64,000 nucleotides of DNA. Origin: Octopus sinensis (taxonomy: Eukaryota). Shown here in pieces: positions 34,577-48,023 of the stretch (position 1 is the stretch's first letter; every line of letters starts with the position of its first letter). The translations under genes were made by a program, and so were the position numbers. The notes below the pieces were generated by a model. It did no database searches, had not been told where the DNA came from, and saw only the letters and a program-made list of their open reading frames with translations. The DNA lies in NCBI RefSeq assembly GCF_006345805.1, contig NC_043005.1:91574001-91638000 (forward strand). The letters run 5' to 3'.

Positions 34577-37500
34577 CGTATATGTGTGTAATGTAGGCAG
34601 GCATATATGTTAACTTTAGACAATATGGTAGGTTGATGAATTAATGTGTATAGAAGGTAAGTCTTTACGTAGATCTTTCCTAGATAGATTTATTACTACA
34701 CACGCGCGCGCGCACACACACAATAAGCGTAAAAGTAATGAAATATAACTTAGGCAGCTTTATGTAGTTGTATTACAAATTTTGCTTATATCATGAATTG
34801 TTATCTTTTTTGCAAGAGTTATTTTTCTATAGAAAATGTAAATTAAATAAAAATTGTAAATATGTAGAGAGGATAAAGACTAGCTGAATGGTATAACTAC
34901 ATCAACACCATCTCTACACCTCTTAAGATATGCTATAGTAATTATACGTGTCTTTTAGAATCTCTGATTTTAAGCAATTCCATTTTGTACGGGATTTAAT
35001 AAATAAAAAATGTAATTAACAACCTAAAATGGAGTATCTTATCTAGAGTTAGGTTATTTAAAGCCAACAGAAGACCATGTAATATATGCACAGTGGAGAG
35101 TTTAGCGGCCGAATTATTTGCCAAAGAAAAACATCCTTAACAAACATGATGAAAGAATTTCTTACTGTATATATAAGAATTTATAAATCCTTGAGTTAAT
35201 TCTTATTGGTATAATATTTATGATTGTCAAACTACTATTTGACCATATAATTATATTATTTATTACACTTTACTAATTTTCTGTTCCAATATATGATTTT
35301 ATACAATATCTCATCCATTTAATATCCCTATTATTAGAAACACAGTTATTAGTTAACCTTTAACCACACTAATAACCAAAGTACTTAAACAACTCATACT
35401 TAGTACTTGTAGCTCGCATCAACAATTAATCGAATTACAGCAAAAAAAAAAAATCTTTTTGAAAGGTTATGTTGTTACTTTCTAATAAAATACGTATTTT
35501 TATTAAAATGTAAAAACTAGTATATTTTATGTGTGTATATATGTTTGTGTCTTTGTGCGTGTGTGGATGTTTCTGTTTATAGTTTAAAAGCCCGTGTACT
35601 TCAGATTTGTAAACACGAGTATGTGCAGTTGACTGTAACATGAGATTCTAACACTTTATTTTTAAAAAATAGTTTTGTTGAAACATTAATTTCTTTGTAG
35701 GTTAAAAGCGCTTGTACCATTTTCAAACATGTATTCAAACACTGCAGATTGTAGACAGGTATCATAAAATGCCATAAAGGGACATAAATTACAGTGGTCT
35801 TCAGACTTCGAACAATAAACATGACACAACGTACATATTCTAACCACAAAAGCATATTTAAGTAACTCATGACAGTATAACAAATATTTTAATTACATAT
35901 TTTAATTACAAAGGCATATTTAAGTAAATCATGACAGTATAACTCTTCCTCGTTAACCTATTTTCTGTATTTCAAATATTTACTATACTTCTACTAACTG
36001 GTGATTTGAACTATTATTTTCTTTCAATTTTATTTCCAACAACTGTATTCGATAAATTGACATCAAACTGAATATTATATGTTTTATTGATACATCGGAG
36101 AGACAACTAGAAATACGGTGCTTTACGAACGACATTCTTTCCGATATTTGTTCTGCATCGAGTAACAGAAACTCCTTGTCATTCTAGCTTGCAGTGAAGT
36201 CTGACAAGCTCATTAGAAACCTGTAACCAACGACGCTATTGTTTACCAATTGCGATATAAAAATACATAAATAATTGATACCTACTTTCTAATTCGTTAG
36301 TTCCACAGTAGTATTCTACATAAGGGCAAAGTCGGCGCTACCATCACTTACTGTAATGAGACAAGACATATATAATTGTGGTTTGTATTTTTTAATAAAC
36401 ATACTTTCCTTATTTAATCGGAATTGTATTGAAGTGTTTCCAGTGCATTGACATAGAAAAAAAATCTGGTATTGAGCTTTTGTAGAGAGTTAGTAATTAT
36501 GTATTCAAGGCCGAAAGCAACCTAAAGCTATAAACAGCAATCTGCAAAACATCGTCACGGTCTAGAGATCCTATACAGTCACTAGATCTGCTAAAAACTG
36601 TAACCAAACCCCATACCACCTTAGAAAAATGAAGGACATATTGGGAATTGTAGTCTTAGATATAAAGAAAGACAGGATGTGCACGGTTAAAAGCCTTTGA
36701 ACATTGGCGTACCAAAGGCAGCACGTAATTTACTCTGTATCTTTGTTCGCGGTTATATTTGTAGGAGATTGAAACGATTGATCAAGAAGGTTGAGTTGTT
36801 AAATGAAAGAAAGTGAAAAATTGATAATTACACTGAATTGTAGTGAGAAGTTTTGTAATGGCTAGAGTAGCAGATATTTTGATAAAAAATGAAACCAAGT
36901 TTTTGTCATAAATTTTGAGAGAAATATTTATTTTCACTAAATGCCATAAATTATATTAAGAAAGAAAAAGAACTGAAAACAAAAGATGCTGATTTTGAGT
37001 TTTATTGATAGAAATTTACATGCTGATGCACGAGGACAAACACACATATACAAGGCACGAATACACAAAACATACACACAACACATCCACACACACAAAA
37101 ACACACAACTGATTTAATATATACCACAATCAATAAATTACTAGCAAAACACACTGCCAGTTAATTTATAAAATACTTTCAAAACAAAAGAAACAAATTA
37201 GTTTAATATTTAATTTATATATACACATGTGTGTGTATGTTTTACGTTGACGATTATATTTAATATTTTCAATGAAGAATGCATTTAAATTCACTCACAC
37301 ACACTTAAGCATAGAAATAATTTCACAATAAAATTATTTGAAATTAAATTACACACATACACAGACACACACGCACACACATATATAGACACATATGCAC
37401 ACACATACAATACATACATATATATATATATAATATATATATATATATATTATATATATATATATATATATAATATATATAATATATATATATATGATTT

Positions 37501-37984
37501 TGATTTTGATTTTTCCAGTTTCAGCTAATGAACTGTGGCCATGCTGGGGCACCGCCATTTTTATATATATATATATATAATATATATATATATATTATAT
37601 ATATATATATATACATACACACATATATACATACACACACATAAACATATGCACATATACTTCTTTCACTTTGGATTCTCATTATCTATATATAATTTTA
37701 CTGCCTATGCAGAGTGTTGTGTGTGTGTGTTTGTGCATGTGTGTGTGTGTGTGTGTGTTTGTGCATGTGTGTGTGTGTATGTGTGTAAGTATTTTTGTAT
37801 TTCTAGGGCATGCCAGTTTCTCATGTAGTTACAATTGATGCTTTCTCTTGAAGAAATTCCACATGCCCGTTCTGGTATTTTCTTTCCGAGAGCCGATGAA
37901 GAGGTTTCTGGCTTATTATTACACACACACACACAACACACACACACACACCACACACCCATATATATATCGATTATATATATA

Positions 37985-38037
<53 letters not shown>

Positions 38038-38060
38038 TATAATATATATATATAATATAT

Positions 38061-38540
38061 CACTCGCCTTATATACGTAAGTGGGTCTGAAAATAGTGAT
38101 TTGGTCTGGTATAATGTTCCCTTCAACTATGCTGTATCCACCAGCATATATAAGAAATTTATGGTAATTTTGGATAAAAACCTTCCTGCTTCTCATAGAT
38201 ATAATAAGATATTTTCCCGTAAGACAGTTAGAATCTCGTATTCTACCCTCCTCAATATAGGTACCATGATAGCCAGGTTAAATAGAAAGAATATAAAATC
38301 AGCAAGAAGAATAAATAATAATAATATTGTCAACAATGTAGTTAAATCCCTACAATGAGAATAATATTAATGGAGATGTAGGAATTAGAAACAACCGTAC
38401 TAACACATCTAATATGTACAATATAGACTGTAACTCCGAGGTTTATACTAGCACAGGGATTACTGACACAATACCTGTTGATGCTGAGATGAATTTAAAT
38501 GAAACTATAGTTGAAAGAAGTATAAATAATAACAGCAATA

Positions 38541-38583
<43 letters not shown>

Positions 38584-38647
38584 TAATAATAATAATATCG
38601 ATTATAGCAGTAGTAGTACTAGTAACAACAACAACAACAACAACAAC

Positions 38648-38682
<35 letters not shown>

Positions 38683-39145
38683 AAGAATATCAATAATATA
38701 AATAGTAATAATTGTAGAGTTAAGTCTCACTGCCCGTTATTAGGTCGATGTTTAATCCAAAACGTAGTTTATAAATGTACAATCGTGACTGAGGCTAGGA
38801 ATTATATATATATATATAGGATGTTCGATAAATATGGCAAAACGTATCAATAACCATTTTTCATCTTTTAGACTCAAAGATAAAGCTTATAGTACATCAT
38901 TATCTAGTAAGATTTGGGAATTTAAAGGAAGTGGGACCGGATTTAGCCGTAAATGGGATATAATACGGAGAGCGCAGCCTTATAGAGATAGCCGATTTGG
39001 GTGTGAGTTGTGCTCTATGGAAACTTATGAGATTTTTAAGTATAGGTACAACAGCAACCTGATAAATAATAGATTAAACCTAAAGGTATCATGCATGCAT
39101 AACATCATCCGTACATTTAAGTATTTTCGAAACTACCATTTATAG
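38061..39145 (+). mobile_element. Penelope-like element fragment (post-RT region, Cys motif, GIY-YIG), broken by microsatellites
   Basis: VWYNVPFN..KFMVILDKNLP.SH..NKIFSRKTVRISYS; CRVKSHCPLLGRCLIQNVVYKC...YIG; KRINNHFSSF..TSLSSKIWE..KWDII..AQPY...CELCSME. Confidence 0.9.
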
Positions 39146-39670
39146 CTACCATACTTGAACTTTGATGGTGGAAATTAATTTTGGTGTCGTATCCGTTGTA
39201 AACTTGCCCTCCAGTATTAAATATTAAAAAATCATGGGATATTATGTTATATGGTGAATTATATTGCATTACATATGTTATATGCTCTGTGTTGTGGTAT
39301 GTGGTGTGCTATAATACTATGCCATGATAACCCCTGCCTAGTTAGTGTGACTTCATCCTATTTTGGTGATTACACTATTTTCCTATCTATTATGTTCTAC
39401 CTTATTGATCATATTATGTATACTTGTAGTGACTTTATGTGAGTAAGTCTTCCTTTTGACTAAATCAAATGCCTCCTAGAAGCTATAAAACCACACATAC
39501 AATAACACCTGTAACATTACAACTTATAAAATCGCTTCTCTCTAAATACCTTTAACTGCCCTCACTATTTCCATACCTATTACACCCCTTTTCAAGTTAC
39601 CTTTATCTTTTCCCTGTCTCTAATTTTAATCCCTTATTTCTTTATATGTAGGTTATATGTATTTCGTATG

Positions 39671-39903
39671 AAGGCGGCGAGCTGGCAGAAACGTTAGCAC
39701 GCCGGGCGAAATGCGTTGCCGTATTTCGTCTGCCGTTACGTTCCGAGTTCAAATTCCGCCGAGGTCGACTTTGCCTTTCATCCTTCCGGGGTCGATAAAT
39801 TAAGTACCAGTTACGCGCTAGGGTCGATGTAATCGACTTAATCCGTTTGTCTGTCCTTGTTTGTCTCCTCTGTGTTAAGCCCCTTGTGGGTAGTAAAGAA
39901 ATA
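39671..39903 (+). mobile_element. Full-length SINE A (tail 1)
   Basis: Near-consensus copy; approx. 16-bp TSD TATATGTA(T/A)TTCGTAT. Confidence 0.92.
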
Positions 39904-40104
39904 TATATGTAATTCGTATTATTTTCTATGAATTCTTATTATTTTGTTTTCTTATTTTGATATCCTTACTTATTAACCTCTTATCTCTTACAAATTGTTA
40001 TTTTTCTTCTTCTTAAATTTGATACTTTTCAGTTAGTTAAGTCTATGCGAGATATTTATACTATATCCATATAAGTGTATAAATATTTGTGTATGTATAT
40101 ATAT

Positions 40105-40325
40105 ATATAATTTTAATCCAAACGGGAAAACAAAAAAACAACAACAATGGAACAATTACAGTATTATTATTAATAGGCGCTCAGGAAATGGAAGCAGGAA
40201 GGTATGACGTTTCGAGCGGAGCTCTTCGTCGGAAACATAAAGAAGGAAGAGAGAGGAAAGAAAGATCCCAAGCGGGCAACAGGAGATAGGGAAAAAAACG
40301 ACTGGTGTTTTACGAGTTACACATG
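40105..40325 (-). mobile_element. Family H repeat with hammerhead-like motif
   Basis: Minus strand GTTT-CCGACGA-A-GAGC-TCC-GCTC-GAA-ACGT-C-ATAC at about 40202-40236. Confidence 0.65.
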
Positions 40326-40399
40326 GTGAAGGCTGAAGTTTACGATAACAAGAGCAAGTAGGTTTTTAAAGCCAAAAGAGTGGAGACAAGTTGGTAACG

Positions 40400-42739
40400 C
40401 AACAGATGTGTGTGTGTTGTGAGTGTGTGCGTGTGCGTGTGTGTATGTGTGTGTGTGAGGCGAGATAAAAAACAAAAAATATATGTATGTGTTAGTGTGT
40501 GCGTCTGTGTGTAGGCGTGTGAGGTAGGGCGAGACAGTAGTCGGCATAGCAGATAGTGGTCAGTAGTAAGAAAAGAAGGAAGGAGGAAGGGAGGGAGGGG
40601 AAGGGGTGGGGGCGTATGTAGCGTGCCAGCGTGTGTTGAGTAGTAGTGTGTGTGTGTGTGTCCAGTCGTGGTAGTATTAATGGCGAGTAGATTGAATGTG
40701 TGTAAGAGTAATGTATATATTAAGCAATGTGTGTATATGTGCGCGCGTGTGTGTAACAAAAAAGGGGGGGTTAAGAAAAAGGACCCCAGCTGAGGGGAAG
40801 ATGGAAGAGTGGTCCCGCGGAGACGGGCGTGGGAAAACCCAACGACAACGACGGTCCCGGAACGAGCGGGAGGTCTCGTCGGGTCAAGAGCGAGGTGCAT
40901 GCAGCGCGTATGCGTGCGCGAACCGGCGCAAGCGCGTGCGTGCGCGCGCCTGCGAGTATGCGCGTAAGTATGTATATGTGTGGATTTGTGAGTGTGTCTG
41001 TGTGTATGTCTGGGTGTCAGTGTGTCCGATGAATGTATGTGAGTATGTGTGTATATATGTTGTGTGCATAGATGTATGTCCGTGTGTGTGTGTGTGTGTA
41101 TGTGTATGAGTGTGTATGTATGTACGTGTGGGTGTGTGGAAGTGTGTGTATGTGCATGTGTGTGCGCGTACATACAGGTGTGTGAGTGATGTGTGTGTGT
41201 GTGTGTATGTATGTGTGGTGTGTATGTATGTGCGTGTAGGATGCATGTATGTGTATGGGTGTATGTATTGTGTGTGGTGTATGTATGTATGTTTACGTGC
41301 GTGTGTGTGTGTGTATGCGTGTAGGTGTGCGCGTGTGCATGCATGCATGCATATGCGTATGTGTGGGTGTGTGCATGTGTGTGGGTATATATGTATGTGC
41401 GTATATGTGTGTGTATGTGCGTACATGTGTGTGTGTGTATGCATGTGTATGTATGTAGGTGTGTAGGCTGTGTGTATAGGTGTATGTATGTAAGTATGTA
41501 TGGGTGTGTCCGTGTATGTGTGTGTATGTATGTGTGTATGTAGGTGTGTGGGCGTGTGGGGGTGTGGTGTGTATGTAGGTGTGTGGGGCGTTTGTATATA
41601 GGTGTATGTATGTATGTCTTGGTGTGTCCGTGCATGTTTGTGTGTGTGTGTGTGTATGCATGTGTATGTAGGTGTGTGTGTACGTGTGTAATGTATGTGT
41701 GTATGCGTGTGTGCGCGTGTGTATGCGTGCGTGTGTGTATGTAGGTGCGTGTGTATGGTGTGGGAGTGTAGGTGTGTGTGTGCGTGTGCGTGTTTATGTT
41801 GGTGTGTGCGTATGTGAGTGTGAGTGTATGGTGTTTATCATGCATGTGTGTGCGCGTGCAGGTGAGTGTGTGTAAGTATGTGTGTGTGTGTTTTTGTTGA
41901 GTGTGTAGTGTGTATGTCTGTGTGTATGTATGTGCGTATAGGAGTATGTAGGTATGTGTGTGTGTATGTGTATGGGTGTATGTATGTATGGTGTGTGTGT
42001 GCATGTGTATAAGTATATGTTGTGTGCGTATGTGTGTGTATGTGTATGTGTGTGTGTTTTATGTGTGTGTATGTATGTGTGTAGGCGTGTGTTGTGTAGA
42101 TGTATGTATGTATGGGTGTGTGTCTGTGTGTGTTTTGTGTGTGTGTGTAGGTAGGTGTGGTGTGTCTGAGTGAGGGTATGGCTGTGTAGGTGTGTGTGTG
42201 TATGAATGTAAGTGTGTGTGTGTACAAGTGTAATGTATGTATGTAGGTGTGTGTGTGTTTGTATGTGTACGTGTGCGTGTGTAGTGTGTTGTATGCGTGT
42301 GAGTGTGAGTGTATGGGTGTATGTCTGTGTGTGTGGTGTCTGAAGTAGGTATGTGTGTGTATGTATGTATGGTGTGTGTGTGCGGGTATGTGTGTGTGGT
42401 GTGTATGTGTGTGTGTGAGTAGGTGCGCGTGTATGTATGTGGGTAGGGATGCATGCGAGTGTGTGGGTATGTATGCCTACATACGCACGCGCACATCCGA
42501 AGCAAGCCCACACACACGAAGCGCCCTCACGCACACAAACGCACAAGCAATACAACGCAAGCCCAAGGGACCGACCAAGCCCCCAGCGCGCGCCAAGGCG
42601 CGCGAGCGCAAAGGCCCCTCGAACGCCCGCTACGCGGGACCGAGGATCCATCAGCCAAAACCGAAAAGCAGAAAAGAGGGGGGGCTGTCTGGATGCAATA
42701 TATATATATATTATATATATATATATATCTATATATATA

Positions 42740-42773
<34 letters not shown>

Positions 42774-42830
42774 TATATATGCATATATATGTGTTGTGTG
42801 TGTGTGTATGTGTGTGTGTGTCATTTTTAC
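40400..42830. repeat. Long degenerate (GT)/(GTAT) tract with two GC-rich islands; possibly poorly polished assembly
   Basis: Irregular dinucleotide noise; switch from GT-rich to CA-rich at about 42478. Confidence 0.8.
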
Positions 42831-43671
42831 ACTTTTCTGATTCATGTATATCTTTCCAGTTATTCCATATGTTAATGCTTTGAGCAGTCTTTATAGAAAC
42901 CAACTAATAATTAATTAATTAAGTACATGAATGGATATTAAACTGATTCTATGTAATCTTACTTTTTAATGTTTATGATTGATATATACACACCTTTCAC
43001 CTATTTTGGTTATGATATCATTTTTGAAATTCTTAAACTTTATTTTTATACAACATAACAATATTATTTATAAACATTTCTCCCCCATAGTGCCCCTAAA
43101 TAAAATTTCCTCTGTATTAACATCTTGGGTTTCTTAGCGTCTTGTCCCTTTAACTGGTAATTAACATCATGATTTAAAGTCTACCCCTACCTGCCTATTT
43201 TTATAGACAGTTACTTATATCAAACTGTCTACTTCTTATGTCTTATTTCCTCACTGGGGAAAAAGGATACATATGATAATATTTATGACCACACCTAGCT
43301 ATTGTCCTTTATTCAACATTGACACAGTCTTCTAAGTTTAGATTTAGTAGCTGATAATGTGATAAACGAATTAAAAACGAATTACAACCATTACAACCCC
43401 ATGACCCCACTATATCCCATGCGATTCTTAGAAGTTGTAGTCTATTCTTAGCTACAATAGCGACAACATGAATTTCTTCCAACTTCTTGCTCTGTTAAAA
43501 TATTTAAGAAAAATTATATTAATGTGTCCTACTTGTTAAAATTTCATTTATTTTTTTGTGAAGCTGAAGATGGCATTTTATTTAAATTGATGTAATGATT
43601 GCATTGTTCAATTAAATGGAGCCGCCTGAAACGGTCGTACTGCATTGCTACTTGATACTCTGTTGCACATT

Positions 43672-43729
<58 letters not shown>

Positions 43730-44179
43730 ATATATGTATGTATGTAAGCACGCAAGCACGCGTGCGCGCACACACACACACACACTCACACATAAAACAC
43801 CAAAAACAGTAAACTTCAAAAAAGAATACTAGACAATACATAAAAAGAGATGATTATTGAGAATAAATAGGTAAGATAAGCAATTAACAAATAACAAATA
43901 AGGAATTAAAATTATATATTTCAGACTCATAGTACCATTTGCGTGGAATGCACAGCGGCGGAATTAATTAACAAAAGAAATCTTTATATCCAAACTCTGT
44001 GTAAATTCGAAATGATTTCTTCCGGTTAGTTTGTCAGTTACGGCTACATATTGTGTGTCCAAGAAGTTACAAACACACACACACACACTTAAAGAAAAAC
44101 AAAAAACGAAGACAGGTATATGAACAACAAGCACGTGTATTAGTTTGACGCTCGGGAAGGTGAGAAAGTCTTTTACTAT

Positions 44180-44340
44180 CGGCACAGAAAGTGTGTCAAT
44201 AGCCAGCTGGAGAAGATGTTCTCCTGGGGCTACAAGCTACAGTAACATCCACCCTTAGTGGTTAGCCATATTTAGATGGCAAATATACTTCACATTGTCG
44301 TGCAGTTACTGTCTATACCTCGCTCAGAGATTTATTATTG
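44180..44340 (+). repeat. Copy of the arm of the 26108-26525 element
   Basis: GCACAGAAAGTGTG..CAGCTGGAGA.GATGTTCTCCTGGGGCTACAAGCTACAGTAAC..CACCCTTAGTGGTTAGCCATATT. Confidence 0.85.
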
Positions 44341-44469
44341 TTTGTTATTAAATATATATATATATATATATAAGAAAAAAGGTTTGAAAATGCAATTTAA
44401 ACGATGTTTATTTACTTAACCGGTTTCACTCTTTGGTAAAAGATTGTCAAAAGTAACATTAAAAGTATC

Positions 44470-44612
44470 ATTGAATAATATGGGTTCAAAAAAGTTTTTT
44501 ACATAATTGTCACATTGAATATTATGCATTCAAAAAAGTTTTTTACATAATTGTCACATTGGATATTATGAATTCAAAAATGTTTTTTTATACAAAATTG
44601 TCACATTACATG
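44470..44612. repeat. 44-bp tandem repeat, about 3 copies
   Basis: TTCAAAAA(A/T)GTTTTTTA..AATTGTCACATT at a period of 44 (44487, 44531, 44575). Confidence 0.8.
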
Positions 44613-45160
44613 TATAAATATAGTGTTTGGTAACAGAGAAGTTCAATAGTGTGATGAGAATATTTGGAAAAATTGGCAGAAAAGGATAAACAAATATATT
44701 ATTGGAAATTTTGGTTGCTTAATTATTGATTGTCGCAAATTGTCACATTACATGTATATATATACAGTCTTTGGTATATATATACAATCTTTTGACAGCA
44801 AAAATTAAAATGGATTTTTTATACATTACAGTAGCCATAATCCGAAAAGAAGAACAAGTCAACATCATCGGTAACCACTGAGCCGCAGGTTTTAAGTCGG
44901 AGTTATCCCAGTTACCTGAGTTACCTTCTCCTAGAAGGATGCCCTAACAAAGTCTAGGAGTCCTTCACTCACAATGGTTTAACCGCGCGATCGGATATTC
45001 AGTCCGATTATTTCTATGTCCCCGCGCATGATACAGCCTTAAGACATTTATTGGATGGCCGTTGACTCTCAAGAGTTCCTCCGCCATTTGACGGGTTTTG
45101 CTTTTCATTCCGCAGGATGCCCAATAAACACCCTCCTCACCAAGCAAGCTTGTATCTACA

Positions 45161-45196
<36 letters not shown>

Positions 45197-45231
45197 TATA
45201 TATGTATAATAACATATATACAAAAATCCCA

Positions 45232-45321
45232 TGTGAGTGGATTTGGAGACGGAAAGTGAAAGAAGCCCGTCGTATATATATATATATATATAATATTATA
45301 TATATATTAATATATATATAT

Positions 45322-45366
<45 letters not shown>

Positions 45367-45525
45367 TATATATATATATATATACGACGGCTTCTTTCAC
45401 TTTCCGTCTCCAAATCCACTCACAAGGCTTGGTCGGCCCGAGGCTATAGTAGAAGACACTTGCCCAAGGTACCACACAGTGGGACTGAACCCGGAACCAT
45501 GTGGTTAGTAAGCATGCTACGTTTG
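45232..45525 (-). mobile_element. SINE B head (45383-45525) with a local inverted duplicate (45232-45274) across (TA)n
   Basis: Both arms share the non-consensus bases TTTGGAGACGGAAAGTGAAAG. Confidence 0.8.
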
Positions 45526-45657
45526 AAAAAATGAATAGAAATGGGTTTTCTGATAATTTTTCTACTTCAATAAATAAATGTTTATAAGTTTACAAAAGGT
45601 GACTCTGATAGGAGCTTTTCGCAAGGGGTTTCTATTTCTTTTTCTAATATATATATA

Positions 45658-45852
45658 AGTGACCTCGTGTGTACCATTGACGATTTTTTTCCCTCTGTCT
45701 TCCCTTCTCTGGATCTTTCCTTCTCCTATGTTTCCGACGAAGAGCTCCGCTCGAAACGTTAAACCCTCCTTCTTTCCTGAGCGTCCAATAATACTATATT
45801 TGTTCCACGTCCTCGCGTTGTTGTGTTTTTTTGTGCTTTCTTGTTTGGATTA

Positions 45853-45860
<8 letters not shown>
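45658..45860 (+). mobile_element. Family H repeat with hammerhead-like motif
   Basis: GTTT-CCGACGA-A-GAGC-TCC-GCTC-GAA-ACGT-T-AAAC at 45730-45764. Confidence 0.7.
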
Positions 45861-45892
<32 letters not shown>

Positions 45893-46272
45893 AGAGGAAA
45901 AATTATAATAAGGCAGAATGCTAAATTGAAAGTAAAGTTTAATAAAAATGGGTGTATGGAAAATTAAAAAAGAAAAAAATAATAAATCAAAACGGTTTTC
46001 ATTGCTAGGCAAATTTTCAAGATTTGGAAGGGGAAAAGAATTTTTTTTTAAATTGAGGAAGGGGAAAAAAGAAATATGTTTTTTTTTCAAAAAAAAAAAA
46101 AAAAAAGAATAATACATATATACAAAAATTAATAAATAAGTATACCAATACATTGTAGAGTCTTTATGCTTTTAGAGTTCAATAATAGTCCTTGGAAAAA
46201 TTTCTTTGGAGGATTAAGATATATATATATATATATATGCATATACATGCGTGCGTATACTCACACACACAC

Positions 46273-46545
46273 AGAATGAAATAATTTGAGAGCAGAGCAG
46301 AACGATGTGATTGCAGAGTACCGAAAGCACGAGTTCCGCTGGGCCAGACATTTCGCAAGATTCACAGACAACAGGCGGACCTGTGCAGTCGCCGAGTCGG
46401 ACCCAAAGGATAAGAAAACGCCACATGGAAGGCCTCCACGGCGATGAGAAAACGATTCAAGAAAGCAATTTGGTTCAAGATGGTAAAGAACAGTGCAATC
46501 GAGACAGAACTGGAAGCGCACTTTGACCAGCGGTGTCTAACAGCA
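46273..46545 (+). mobile_element. RTE-1-type LINE 3' end
   Basis: DVIAEYRKHEFRWARHFARFTDNRRT...PHGRPPRR*..FGSRW...NWK matches RWAGHVAR.DNRW...GRP.RW. Confidence 0.8.
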
Positions 46546-47086
46546 CCTGTACAATTGGTGAATACTGTTATATATAAGCAAAGGTAGATACCGTCTAGTT
46601 AGGTTCAGACAGGCAATGACCGTTCAGACTGAACTTATAAAAATATTAAGTGATCAATAAAAACAAGACAAATGATTTCCAATTTGTTATAAGATTGTTA
46701 ATTTAATGCATAATATTTAGTGTATAATTCAGCAAATGGCGACAGTATTGCTGTTCGGCACAATGTGTGCGGCCTTTCAAGTTCAATGTATATATACTAA
46801 CACATTACACTTTTAATCCCACGTGGCGTGAGTTCAGCTCTTAGAATACATTAAATATATTTGAAATGGACACGAATTAAACTACTCCTGTTATGTGTCA
46901 CCATAAAGTGAAAACTTCGTGCGTGTGTCTGTTACCTTTAATGATTGAACCAATTTTAAGAGACATTATATCCTATGCGAGCATATGAAATAGTAATAAC
47001 GTATGTATTTATTAACGTAATGTATATATATATATATATATATATCATCATATATAACACACACACACACACACCAACACACACAC

Positions 47087-47145
<59 letters not shown>

Positions 47146-47201
47146 TGTATTTACACACGCACGCGCACACAGATAAACACGTATTATGTATGTTAGTGTA
47201 T

Positions 47202-47601
47202 AAAGGCGGCGAACAGCCAGAATTGTTAGCACGCCGGGCGAAATGCTTAGCGGTATTTCGTCTGCTGTTACGTTCTGAGTTAAAATCCGCCGAGGTCGAC
47301 TTTGCCTTTCATCCTTTCGGGGTTGATAAATTAAGTACCAGTTACGCACTGGGATGATGTAATCGACTTAATCCGTTTGTCTGTCCTTGTTTGTCCCCTC
47401 TATGTTTAGCCCCTTGTGGGTAGTAAAGAAATAGGTATTTCGTCTCTTTACGCTCTGAGTTCAAATTCCGCCGAGGTTGACTTTGCCTTTCATCCTTTAG
47501 GGGTCGATAAATTAAGTACCAGTTGAGTACTAGGGTCGATCTAATCGACTAGCTCCCCTTCCCCAAAATTTCAGGCCTTGTGCCTTTTGTAGATAGGAAT
47601 G
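47202..47601 (+). mobile_element. Dimeric SINE A (full tail-1 monomer plus headless tail-2 monomer) inside one TSD
   Basis: 15-bp TSD TGTATGTTAGTGTAT at 47187-47201 and 47602-47616. Confidence 0.85.
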
Positions 47602-48023
47602 TGTATGTTAGTGTATGCGTGTATATGAGTGTATATGTATAAGTGTAGTTTATCTGATTATAGATACAAGTATCATGATGTATATTTAATAGTATTCATA
47701 AATTGGTTATTAGTGACAAAAAGATCATTAGTACAAATTAACACTCTGTATATCATACTTGAAGCATATATATATATATACTGCTGAAAGCCTTCTAAAC
47801 TTCGATATTCCTCTCGAGAAAACATCTTTTATTAGATGCATTGCGTTAAAAACAAAGTGACATAGCAGCAGCAGGGGAAAATCTCCTAAAAGCAATACCG
47901 CAGTTTAGAAGTCTTTCAACAGTATAAAGGCTTTAATTACGTTATACAGATCGCTATAGTGTGTATGTTTGTATACATGCATGCGTCGGTGCAAACCACT
48001 TAACTTTTTTTTATCCTCTAATC

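Noticed and set aside
35770-35842. Minus-strand CTLCHVYCSKSEDHCNLC with CxxC-x9-HCxxC spacing like DHHC/ZCCHC4 zinc fingers
   Set aside because: Downstream residues do not continue either family pattern, the donor is weak, and no partner exons were found.
38414-38701. Poly-Asn ORF as a host low-complexity or prion-like protein
   Set aside because: It lies between two halves of a Penelope ORF and is an AAT/AAC microsatellite expansion.
40340-42903. Long ORFs (554 aa, 369 aa and similar HT/YI/CV-rich ORFs at 8.7-9.4, 15.5-16.2, 37.3-38.2, 49.3-51.1 and 56.2 kb)
   Set aside because: They are translations of stop-free dinucleotide and tetranucleotide microsatellites, not genes.
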